This document shows positions 26,662 through 34,259 of a DNA stretch of 45,511 nt, in pieces. Every line of letters begins with the position of its first letter. Position 1 is the stretch's first letter. The stretch comes from Escherichia phage vB_Ec-G8, in sequence record PQ433350.1; one strand, 5' to 3'. The translations under genes and the position numbers were made by a program. Below the pieces are notes generated by a model. That model did no database searches. It was not told the DNA's origin and worked only from the letters and a program-made list of their open reading frames with translations.

Positions 26662-26925
26662 ATGAGTAAGTACAACCGTGAGATTATCGGCCTGGATGGG
26701 GAAGTAACCACAGTGGATGTATATCGAGTCCTGGATGCATTCCAGGTAACAGACCCAGCTATACAGCACGCAATCAAGAAGATGCTGTGCACTGGACTTA
26801 GAGGGCATAAGGACTATCTTACTGACATTGAAGACTCCATTGAATCACTGCAAAAAGCCAGGGAACTTTACGATCAGCGCAAGAGTTACGAGCGGCGATA
26901 CAATTTATCTTTTACAGATAAATAG
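26662..26925 (+). CDS. Hypothetical protein (87 aa)
   Basis: CGAGGA RBS; TAG stop lies inside an element. Confidence 0.5.
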   Translation: MSKYNREIIGLDGEVTTVDVYRVLDAFQVTDPAIQHAIKKMLCTGLRGHKDYLTDIEDSIESLQKARELYDQRKSYERRYNLSFTDK

Positions 26926-26939
26926 CACGAATTGCTAAA
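26922..26939 (+). promoter_or_regulatory. Boundary element copy, precedes 26995 ORF
   Basis: ATAGCACGAATTGCTAAA, hairpin, TGtTATAGT extended -10, CACACCAAACGAGAGG. Confidence 0.65.
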
Positions 26940-26994
26940 CCCGCTCAGAAGGGTTTTGTTATAGTTAGTTCACACCAAACGAGAGGAAATAAAG

Positions 26995-27213
26995 ATGATT
27001 ACTATTAACCTGTCAGATAAACAAGCAGCAGAACTCAAGTCCATGCTTTCAATCTTTGAGAAGCCAAATGACCAGGTAATTGCCAAAGAGGTAGTGGCTC
27101 AGATTAACAACCAGCAATTCGACGTAAGTGACTTCGAGTCATCGCGCCAGTACGAGGTAATGAGTGTTAATGCTGCATACCTGACTAACTGGGATAATGC
27201 GACTAAGAAATGA
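26995..27213 (+). CDS. Hypothetical protein (72 aa)
   Basis: Preceded by element + leader (CACACCAAACGAGAGG). Confidence 0.5.
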   Translation: MITINLSDKQAAELKSMLSIFEKPNDQVIAKEVVAQINNQQFDVSDFESSRQYEVMSVNAAYLTNWDNATKK

Positions 27214-27359
27214 TTTTATACATACATGAGTACTGGACGGGGAAGTTTAACACAGTTCGACATGTCCGGGTTTACGAATATTATGTAAATGCATTCAATC
27301 AGCAGAAGGTTCTTGGTGGCACCATCAAGGTTTGCGATGTTGTGGATGAGATTTACTAA
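27210..27359 (+). CDS. Hypothetical small protein (49 aa)
   Basis: ATGA-coupled; TAA stop immediately precedes an element. Confidence 0.35.
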   Translation: MILYIHEYWTGKFNTVRHVRVYEYYVNAFNQQKVLGGTIKVCDVVDEIY

Positions 27360-27378
27360 ATAGCACGAATTGCTAAAG
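27360..27378 (+). promoter_or_regulatory. Boundary element copy, precedes 27434 ORF
   Basis: TAA-ATAGCACGAATTGCTAAAG, TGtTATAGT, CCACATCAAAACTAACGAGG. Confidence 0.65.
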
Positions 27379-27433
27379 CAGTCTTGTGGTAATTTGTTAT
27401 AGTTACCACATCAAAACTAACGAGGTTATAAGA

Positions 27434-27538
27434 ATGAGTGAATTAATTAAAACTATCGCGGACTATCCATTTGCTTCGCTTTTTCTTGCTCTTGCAATAT
27501 ATGAAATTGTAAAGATTATTGTCAAATGTATTAAATAG
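27434..27538 (+). CDS. Putative 34-aa membrane peptide
   Basis: Hydrophobic core FASLFLALAIYEIVKIIV; bounded by elements on both sides. Confidence 0.3.
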   Translation: MSELIKTIADYPFASLFLALAIYEIVKIIVKCIK

Positions 27539-27553
27539 CACTAATTTCTAAAA
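27535..27553 (+). promoter_or_regulatory. Boundary element variant, precedes 27609 ORF
   Basis: ATAGCACTAATTTCTAAAA, TGcTATAGT, CCACATCAAAACGAAACAGG. Confidence 0.6.
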
Positions 27554-27608
27554 CATTATCGGGGTATCTTGCTATAGTTACCACATCAAAACGAAACAGG
27601 AAGCAGAA

Positions 27609-27788
27609 ATGAGATTTCAACAATCAGAACCTAAACTCCAGGCTAACCACTTCGACGGATACGCAACATTCATCATCGCTCAGGCGTGCGGTGTGCGTGA
27701 GGAGCCACAGGTTCACACCATCCACTTAACCGAAGAGCAAGCTCGAGAACTGGCTTACGAAATTCTTGAGCAATTGAATCGAATTTAA
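27609..27788 (+). CDS. Hypothetical small protein (59 aa)
   Basis: Preceded by element + leader (CACATCAAAACGAAACAGGAAG). Confidence 0.4.
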   Translation: MRFQQSEPKLQANHFDGYATFIIAQACGVREEPQVHTIHLTEEQARELAYEILEQLNRI

Positions 27789-27837
27789 TTGGCCCAAGGC
27801 GCATTATAACGAACGATAATTTAAGTAAGGTGATTCT

Positions 27838-27999
27838 ATGATTAAGGTTGTTTATGTAGGCGAGAGTGATTATGTGGCACTAATTCAGCGTGGTGACGTG
27901 TTATTTGCAGAGCTGAGTGATGATGGTAATTGCTACATCGTAAAGAACAAGAATGGCGAGGATATTTACCTCTCAAAAGATGAGGTCATTATTTACTAA
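27838..27999 (+). CDS. Hypothetical small protein (53 aa)
   Basis: AAGGTGA RBS. Confidence 0.4.
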   Translation: MIKVVYVGESDYVALIQRGDVLFAELSDDGNCYIVKNKNGEDIYLSKDEVIIY

Positions 28000-28121
28000 T
28001 GGATAACTACGAATCACCAAGTCAGTGGGCCAGGCGAATGCAGGACGAAGCCAAAACTGGTGAAGAGGCGATGGCTTACTACGAGCTGGCGAAAATGTGG
28101 CAAGGACGGAGTGCAGAATGA
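27999..28121 (+). CDS. Hypothetical small protein (40 aa)
   Basis: TAATG-coupled micro-ORF. Confidence 0.3.
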   Translation: MDNYESPSQWARRMQDEAKTGEEAMAYYELAKMWQGRSAE

Positions 28122-28261
28122 GCTTCATTGAATACGCAATTGCATGTGAACGACTGGTCTTTGATATGAAGACCTTCCACTGGTTCATCATCAAGGATTT
28201 AATCAAGCCGTACAAGCAAGGTGTTACGCCAGAGGCTTTTGTTAAGTCATTCTATAAATAG
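28118..28261 (+). CDS. Hypothetical small protein (47 aa)
   Basis: ATGA-coupled; TAG stop inside an element. Confidence 0.35.
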   Translation: MSFIEYAIACERLVFDMKTFHWFIIKDLIKPYKQGVTPEAFVKSFYK

Positions 28262-28275
28262 CACGAATTGCTAAA
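28258..28275 (+). promoter_or_regulatory. Boundary element copy, precedes 28332 ORF
   Basis: ATAGCACGAATTGCTAAA, GCCA-tgga-TGGC hairpin, TATAAT, CCACATCAACACAACGAGAG. Confidence 0.65.
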
Positions 28276-28331
28276 CGCAGTCGCCATGGATGGCATATAA
28301 TTACCACATCAACACAACGAGAGATTGAGAA

Positions 28332-28571
28332 ATGTTCGGACTAAATGAAGCGATGTTCAATGCTGTAAAGCGCCAGGCCGCAAAGTTGAACGAAGAGTAC
28401 ACCAATCTATCGCCAAAGCAGCGTAAGGACGATAAGCAGGTTGCGGCATTGATTTCAAAGATGTGGGAGCCGGTTTTCACAATCATTAGTAGAGATCGAT
28501 TTGTGTGGGTATCTGGTTATCTTAAGGGCCGTGTTGGTCATGACGAAAATGGGAATAGCCTTTATGAGTGA
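28332..28571 (+). CDS. Hypothetical protein (79 aa)
   Basis: Preceded by element + leader (CACATCAACACAACGAGAGATTGAG). Confidence 0.5.
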   Translation: MFGLNEAMFNAVKRQAAKLNEEYTNLSPKQRKDDKQVAALISKMWEPVFTIISRDRFVWVSGYLKGRVGHDENGNSLYE

Positions 28572-28650
28572 GTTAACAATCTGGTTTATCGCTGGGTTGA
28601 TTACGTGGGCTTATTTTTTAATCGTTTAGACGGATATTGTTAAAAAGAGC

Positions 28651-28679
28651 TTGCATCACTGACTGGAAGTGCATAATAT
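28651..28679 (+). promoter_or_regulatory. Sigma70-like promoter upstream of the tRNA region
   Basis: TTGCAT - 17 nt - TAATAT, with TG upstream of the -10 (TGcATAATA). Confidence 0.45.
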
Positions 28680-28845
28680 TAACCACGTAGGCAAACGAGG
28701 CCACCAAGTGGCAACGGCGCACGGAGCGCAACTACTAAGTCCGTTGCTCATTAAGTAGCGTATGCGGCATTAAGACCTAGCGCAAATAGGCAGATTAACC
28801 GGCTGTATCAGGCAGCCCCGGAGCCGTAACCGGGACTCATTCAAA

Positions 28846-28923
28846 GCTCTGCTAGCTCAACGGGAAAGAAGCAACGACCTTCTAAGTCGTAGGTTACTGG
28901 TTCGAATCCAGTGCGGAGCGCCA
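28846..28923 (+). tRNA. tRNA-Arg (anticodon UCU)
   Basis: Cloverleaf folded by hand: 7-bp acceptor stem (GCTCTGC/GCGGAGC with one G-U), anticodon stem ACGAC/GTCGT, loop CTTCTAA (anticodon TCT at 28881-28883), T-arm ACTGG-TTCGAAT-CCAGT, discriminator G and encoded CCA. Confidence 0.85.
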
Positions 28924-29024
28924 ATAAAACGCCAGATTAGCTATCTGGAAGTCTTCGAGTGCAAGCCGCTGGTTATCCTTGTGGTAATTAAGCTTGCAGC
29001 GGAGCGCCAATTAAGGAGCTCATT

Positions 29025-29207
29025 ATGTGGGATGTGAAGTTGTCCATTCGCTTAATGGGCCGCTCATGCAAAAATTGCACTCAAGAATACATCGCGTCAG
29101 TTGCCGCAATCAGCGCTGAGGATGCGGTAGCAAAAGTAAAGGAGATGTCAGGCGCTGACCCTGACACCCACAAATTCCTGGTAGCTTACGTTCGTGAGCG
29201 AAAGTAA
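29025..29207 (+). CDS. Hypothetical protein (60 aa)
   Basis: AAGGAG RBS; followed by terminator. Confidence 0.5.
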   Translation: MWDVKLSIRLMGRSCKNCTQEYIASVAAISAEDAVAKVKEMSGADPDTHKFLVAYVRERK

Positions 29208-29251
29208 AAAGTGTTATACCCTCGTTAAGTTTAGTTTCTCTCGTTGTTTTG

Positions 29252-29274
29252 GCCCTCGCTTGAGGGCTTTTTTT
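29252..29274 (+). terminator. Rho-independent terminator before terminase genes
   Basis: GCCCTC-gctt-GAGGGC + T7. Confidence 0.75.
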
Positions 29275-29294
29275 CGTCTGTAATATGGTATAAT
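29268..29294 (+). promoter_or_regulatory. Promoter-like extended -10 (TGgTATAAT) upstream of the terminase genes
   Basis: TGGTATAAT at 29286-29294 directly after the terminator T-run; CGTCTGTA box shared with 35863-35870. Confidence 0.4.
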
Positions 29295-29317
29295 CTGACC
29301 TCAACAAAGGAGGATTT

Positions 29318-29824
29318 ATGAGCAAAGCAGCATTAAAGATGGGTGAGGGAAATTTCAAGGCGCTATACAACAAGAAGTATGGCGACATTGCTATGGTGGC
29401 AATCAACCGCAAGTACACGCCTGAGGAAGTTTTCGATTTCGCCGTTAGATACTTCTCCTGGGCTGAGAGCGAGGCAATTAAGGCTATTGAGACGGCTGCT
29501 TTCCAGGGTGTGGTTAGCGAGAGCCTCGTACACAAGCCTAGAGTATTCACCTTAACTGGGCTGGCGCTCTTTATGGGTGTCAATATCAATAGATTCGCTC
29601 GCTGGCGTACTGAGGCTGGATACTCTGATGTGATGGAATTCATTGATAACGTTATTTACGAGCAGAAGTACCAGCTTGGTGTCGCAGGCATCATCAACTC
29701 TACCATCGTTGGTAAAGAGCTAGGAATTGATAAGCCGCAGGAGATTAAGATTAGCAACAACTCAACAGCTAACGATGTTGACAGTATGAAGGAAGCTCTG
29801 GAATCTGTAATTAGCAAGCTATAA
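29318..29824 (+). CDS. Terminase small subunit
   Basis: 168 aa ORF immediately upstream of the large terminase; AAGGAGGA RBS; assignment by position and size. Confidence 0.7.
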   Translation: MSKAALKMGEGNFKALYNKKYGDIAMVAINRKYTPEEVFDFAVRYFSWAESEAIKAIETAAFQGVVSESLVHKPRVFTLTGLALFMGVNINRFARWRTEAGYSDVMEFIDNVIYEQKYQLGVAGIINSTIVGKELGIDKPQEIKISNNSTANDVDSMKEALESVISKL

Positions 29825-29841
29825 CAATAAGAGGGTATAAC

Positions 29842-31407
29842 ATGTCTTTAGTATGGGAAGAAATGACCATTCAGGAAAAGATGGCTGTTAAGGCGATATC
29901 AGAACACAGCTTCGAGGGTTTCCTTCGTTGCTGGTTCCAGATTACACAAGGCGAACGATACATCCCTAACTGGCATCACAAGTACTTGTGCAGAATCATT
30001 GACGAGATTATTGCAGGCGAAAGAAAGGACACCATTATCAACATAGCACCAGGCAGCGGAAAGACGGAAATTGCCTCAATCCACTTCCCGGCCTATTCGA
30101 TGGTTAAGCTTAGGAAGGTGCGCAACCTTAACATCTCTTTTGCTGACTCCCTGGTTAAGCGTAACTCGAAGCGAGTGCGTGACCTTATCAAGTCTCAAGA
30201 ATTTCAGTCACTCTGGCCATGCAAGTTTGGCACTTGCAAAGACGATGAGCTTCAGGTTCTTGATGAGAGTGGCAAGGTTAGATTTGAGTCAATATCAAAG
30301 GCGGCTGGAGGCCAGATTACTGGCGCTCGCGGTGGGTACATAACCGAAACATACAGCGGAGCCGTTCTTTTGGATGACTTTGACAAACCCGCAGATATGT
30401 TATCAGCAGTGTACCGCTCGAATAATCACGTAATGCTTAAAAATACGATTCGCTCACGTCGAGCCAGTTCTGTAAAAGGCAAAGCGACACCAATCATTTC
30501 GATACAGCAGCGGCTTCACGTCAATGACTCAACCTGGTTCATGATGGAGGGGGGTATGGGTATCGACTTTGACTTGGTTAAGATACCGGCTCTGGTTACT
30601 GAGGATTACATCGACTCGCTCCCTGACTGGATTAAAGATCAGTTTGCTGAGGACGTACTAAGCAGCGAATATATTGAGCGAGATGGCGTAAAGTACTACA
30701 GCTACTTTCCTAAAAAGGAATCCGTAAACGACCTGGTGGCAATGTGGGATAGCGACCCCTACACTTTCCTCAGCCAGTATCAGCAGGAGCCAGTAGCGCT
30801 GGGTGGCAACCTAATTAACGTGGACTGGTTCCAGCGAATCAGTGATACGTTCAGACCTCCAGCTAAGTACGACTATCGATTCATAACTTGCGATACCGCA
30901 ATGACCACTAAAAGTTACAGCGACTTCTCTGTTCTTCAGTTGTGGGGCTATAAAGATGCTAAGATTTACCTTATTGATCAGCGCAGGGGTAAATGGGAGG
31001 CCCCAGAGTTGGAGGCTGAACTGCTGGACTTCGAGAAGAAATCAAGGGCAACCAGTCAGTCAGATGGTATCCTCAGAAAGATTATTATCGAGAAGAAAGC
31101 GTCTGGTATCGGCCTGATTCAATCAGCTGGCAGGGTTATGCGAACACCGATAGAGCCATACGTACCGGATAATGACAAGCTAACCAGGGTGATGAGTGCA
31201 CTACCACAGATTAAGGCTGGTAACGTAGTTCTTCCAGAGTCATCGCCGTGGCTAAACGGATTGCTCACTGAGGTTGCGGCTTTTACGGCAGATGACTCGC
31301 ATAAGCACGACGACCAAATTGACTGTCTAACAATGGCGGTAAACCTTGTGCTTAACATCGCGGATGATCCTAAGGCGAGACTGATGCGCATAGCGGGAAT
31401 GAAATAG
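29842..31407 (+). CDS. Terminase large subunit
   Basis: 521 aa; N-terminal ATPase with Walker A (APGSGKT), C-terminal nuclease-like acidic residues; TAG stop inside an element. Confidence 0.9.
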   Translation: MSLVWEEMTIQEKMAVKAISEHSFEGFLRCWFQITQGERYIPNWHHKYLCRIIDEIIAGERKDTIINIAPGSGKTEIASIHFPAYSMVKLRKVRNLNISFADSLVKRNSKRVRDLIKSQEFQSLWPCKFGTCKDDELQVLDESGKVRFESISKAAGGQITGARGGYITETYSGAVLLDDFDKPADMLSAVYRSNNHVMLKNTIRSRRASSVKGKATPIISIQQRLHVNDSTWFMMEGGMGIDFDLVKIPALVTEDYIDSLPDWIKDQFAEDVLSSEYIERDGVKYYSYFPKKESVNDLVAMWDSDPYTFLSQYQQEPVALGGNLINVDWFQRISDTFRPPAKYDYRFITCDTAMTTKSYSDFSVLQLWGYKDAKIYLIDQRRGKWEAPELEAELLDFEKKSRATSQSDGILRKIIIEKKASGIGLIQSAGRVMRTPIEPYVPDNDKLTRVMSALPQIKAGNVVLPESSPWLNGLLTEVAAFTADDSHKHDDQIDCLTMAVNLVLNIADDPKARLMRIAGMK

Positions 31408-31421
31408 CACAAATTGCTAAA
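31404..31421 (+). promoter_or_regulatory. Boundary element copy inside late operon, precedes moron 31477
   Basis: ATAGCACAAATTGCTAAA, GCCA-cgga-TGGC, TATAGT, TTCACACAAAAGAGAGGAG. Confidence 0.65.
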
Positions 31422-31476
31422 CACTAAAGCCACGGATGGCGTATAGTTACTTCACACAAAAGAGAGGAGAAGAAAG

Positions 31477-31809
31477 ATGAAGGCAGTATTTAAAGGTTAT
31501 AAAAAAGCTGGTCGTTTGGAATTTACTATTGGTAAGATTTATGAGTTATCAGAAACACGCGGAGTGGGTGGATATATGGGGGTGACTGATGACGGTGGCT
31601 TTCGGGCAATATTTATCCCAGACAACATCTATGATTTCGAGGTGTTGATCCCAGATGAATTTATCGGTAAAGAAAGGCAATTCAAATATTACATCAATGG
31701 CGAAGCTGTTTCTAAAGTCAAGTTCGATGATACACTGTTATGCGTCAAGGAATTTAAATCTGATGGCATTGATACATCATCAATCAAGTTCGAAGTAAAA
31801 TTCGAGTAA
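31477..31809 (+). CDS. Hypothetical moron protein (110 aa), paralog of 43772-44137
   Basis: Own element + leader upstream and terminator downstream; shares GYKK N-terminal and FEV-x-FE C-terminal blocks with the 43772 ORF. Confidence 0.55.
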   Translation: MKAVFKGYKKAGRLEFTIGKIYELSETRGVGGYMGVTDDGGFRAIFIPDNIYDFEVLIPDEFIGKERQFKYYINGEAVSKVKFDDTLLCVKEFKSDGIDTSSIKFEVKFE

Positions 31810-31830
31810 CCACAAAAGCTATGATAAACT

Positions 31831-31853
31831 AGCCCCTAAATGGGGCTTTTTTA
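31831..31853 (+). terminator. Terminator-RBS module before portal
   Basis: AGCCCC-taaat-GGGGCT + T6 then ATTGGAGA RBS. Confidence 0.75.
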
Positions 31854-31865
31854 TTGGAGAAAAAC

Positions 31866-33092
31866 ATGGTCAAGACAGACAGCTACGCCAATATCTTTCT
31901 AGGCGGCAGTGATGGTAGTGAGATTTACGGGAGCTTGCAGAACCAATCGCCTACAATTCTGGCTTCGCTTTATGCGGATAATGCACTGGTGCGTCGAATT
32001 ATCGACACAATCCCGGAGACGGCATTAGCGGCAGGATTCCACATTGACGGCATTGATGACGAGCCTGCATTCTGGTCTCGCTGGGACTATCTGGAGTTGA
32101 CAAGGCACATCAACGAAGCGTGGTCGTGGGCTAGATTGTTCGGTGGAGCGGCAATTGTCGCTATCGTTAAGGACAACAGAGCTCTAACAAGCCCAGTCAG
32201 AGAAGGTTCTGAGCTTGAAACTGTTCGCGTATACGACCGCACACAAGTAAAAGTCCAAACTCGAGAGGAGAATCCGCGCAACGCACGTTTTGGTAATCCA
32301 CTAACCTATCGCATCACCACTAATGAGAGCGATATGTTTTACGATGTGCATTACAGCCGCATTCATATCATCGACGGAGAGCGAATCCCTAACGTAATGC
32401 GTCGGCAAAATGATGGCTGGGGCCGTAGCGTTCTCTCCAGTGATATTCTTGACTCAATCAAGGATTACACCAACTGCGAACGACTAGCGACTCAACTGCT
32501 CAAGCGTAAACAGCAAGCGGTCTGGAAAGTCAAGGACCTGGCATTGCTTTGTGATGATAGTGAAGGAGTTGGCGCGGCTCGTTTACGTCTCGCTCAAGTT
32601 GATAACAACAGCGGAGTTGGTCAGGCAATTGGCATTGATGCGGAATCGGAAGAATACAGCATTCTGAACTCTGATATTGGTGGGATTGATGCGTTTCTGG
32701 ATAAGAAGTTTGATAGAATCGTTGCGCTGAGCGGTATTCATGAAATCATCTTGAAGAACAAAAACGTCGGCGGCTTATCATCAAGCCAGAATACAGCGCT
32801 TGAGACATTCCATAAGCTAGTAGATCGAAAGCGTAACGCTGAACTGCTGCCGATTCTCGGGTTCCTGATTCCGTTCATTTCAGACGAGCAAGAATGGTCA
32901 GTGGAGTTTAATCCTCTGGCTCAGGAATCAAGTAAAGATAAAGCGGAGACCCTTGAGAAGAACGTAAACAGTATAGCAACACTAATTGCAGCTGGCGCTA
33001 TGGATACTAGCGAAGCGCGTGATACACTACGAACTATCGCGCCAGAGATTAAGATTGGCGATGGCAATATCGAACCTAAAGAAACAGTCTAG
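31866..33092 (+). CDS. Portal protein
   Basis: 408 aa from ATG 31866 (GGAGA SD; ORF-track start 31854 is TTG); position after terminase. Confidence 0.85.
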   Translation: MVKTDSYANIFLGGSDGSEIYGSLQNQSPTILASLYADNALVRRIIDTIPETALAAGFHIDGIDDEPAFWSRWDYLELTRHINEAWSWARLFGGAAIVAIVKDNRALTSPVREGSELETVRVYDRTQVKVQTREENPRNARFGNPLTYRITTNESDMFYDVHYSRIHIIDGERIPNVMRRQNDGWGRSVLSSDILDSIKDYTNCERLATQLLKRKQQAVWKVKDLALLCDDSEGVGAARLRLAQVDNNSGVGQAIGIDAESEEYSILNSDIGGIDAFLDKKFDRIVALSGIHEIILKNKNVGGLSSSQNTALETFHKLVDRKRNAELLPILGFLIPFISDEQEWSVEFNPLAQESSKDKAETLEKNVNSIATLIAAGAMDTSEARDTLRTIAPEIKIGDGNIEPKETV

Positions 33093-33161
33093 GAAGCAAT
33101 GTCGACGACAGAGGAACCTAATGAATGATGAATTTGATGGCTTTTAGTGAGGAGAATTGGG

Positions 33162-34247
33162 ATGTCTAAAGCCCGCTATGACAGTGTAAAGTTTAAAGCA
33201 ACAATCGACGAGAATGGATTCTTAGTTGACACTCCGGTAGTCGCTCGTCTCGGCGTGCAAGTCTACTACATGGAAGATGGTCGAACGGTTCGAGAGTTTC
33301 GCCCGGCAGAGGAGGTTTTCAATGATGAATCTCTGGCAAGCTACCAGGGTAAGCCAATGACTCTTGATCATGTTTTCGTTAACTCAGAGAACGCTAAAGA
33401 GGTAGTAGTCGGCTCAGTTGCTGGAAAGGCAGAGCCATTAGGCAGCTCCGTGGTTGCTCCAATTGTTATTTACGATAATGCCGCCATTCAGGAAGCTATG
33501 TCAGGTAACGCAAAGGAGTTATCCGTTGGATACTCATCAGTCATTGATTACACCCCAGGTTGGGGTGACCCTGTTACTGGTGAGTACTTCCTTAAGTCTG
33601 AAAGTGAGCTATTCGACGTACCAGAAGGATGGCAGGAGTTCGACGCAATTCAGCGTGACATTAAAGTGAACCATCTCGCAATGGTATATCGCGGTCGCGC
33701 AGGTATTGCCAAATTGAATATGGACGGTGAGCAGGAAAACCCGTATACTACTGACGTTGATATCAATAAAGAGGATAAACAGGAAATGATTAAGATTAAA
33801 CTCGACGGCGCGCAGGAATTCGAAGTCGCCCCGGAAATCGCTTCTCACATCGAAGCGCTGAACGCAAAGGCTGACACCGCAATCGCAGAGCGCGACTCGC
33901 TGAAAGCTAAGGTAGATGCAATGCCAGCTGAAATCGAGAAAGCAGTAGCTAAAGCTAAAGCTGATGCCGATGCCCTAGCCGCTCTGGTTGCTGTTGCTGC
34001 TGAAGCTGGTGTTAAGGCTGACGGCCTGGATGCTAAAGGCATTAAAGTTGCTTACGTTAAAGAAGTCTCCGGTCTTGATGTTTCCGAGAAGTCTGACGCT
34101 TACATCGACGCAGCGTTCGACATTGCCAAAGAATCTGATAAAATGGCTGAAGTACGTAAAGCGACTACCGCTTCCGACAAATCTGACAGCGCCGAAGAGC
34201 CTAAGAAATTAGACCCGCGTGCTCGTTTAGCTAAAATTAAGAAATAA
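33162..34247 (+). CDS. Head morphogenesis protein (putative prohead protease / scaffold)
   Basis: 361 aa from ATG 33162 (GAGGAG SD; ORF-track start is GTG); C-terminal Ala/Lys/Glu/Asp-rich coiled-coil-like scaffold tail. Confidence 0.55.
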   Translation: MSKARYDSVKFKATIDENGFLVDTPVVARLGVQVYYMEDGRTVREFRPAEEVFNDESLASYQGKPMTLDHVFVNSENAKEVVVGSVAGKAEPLGSSVVAPIVIYDNAAIQEAMSGNAKELSVGYSSVIDYTPGWGDPVTGEYFLKSESELFDVPEGWQEFDAIQRDIKVNHLAMVYRGRAGIAKLNMDGEQENPYTTDVDINKEDKQEMIKIKLDGAQEFEVAPEIASHIEALNAKADTAIAERDSLKAKVDAMPAEIEKAVAKAKADADALAALVAVAAEAGVKADGLDAKGIKVAYVKEVSGLDVSEKSDAYIDAAFDIAKESDKMAEVRKATTASDKSDSAEEPKKLDPRARLAKIKK

Positions 34248-34259
34248 GGAGTTATAAAC

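Noticed and set aside
28700-28845. Possible second tRNA upstream of tRNA-Arg
   Set aside because: No T-loop (GTTCRANYC) or acceptor-stem pairing could be found by hand; only a 7-bp hairpin GCAACGG...CCGTTGC and a partial copy of the tRNA 3' end.
28913-29013. tRNA 3'-end duplication as an attP site indicating a temperate lifestyle
   Set aside because: No integrase, excisionase or CI-type repressor anywhere in the window; gene content is that of a virulent T1-like phage.
29110-29643. 177-aa minus-strand ORF overlapping the terminase small subunit region
   Set aside because: Antisense to a well-positioned plus-strand gene and spans a terminator; no RBS; protein is low-complexity.
31854-31865. 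ORF-track N-terminal extensions starting at TTG/GTG (31854, 42931, 44172, 15791, 19367, 36199, 33147, 11731)
   Set aside because: They begin inside terminator T-runs or RBS sequence; a downstream in-frame ATG with proper SD spacing is the more plausible start.
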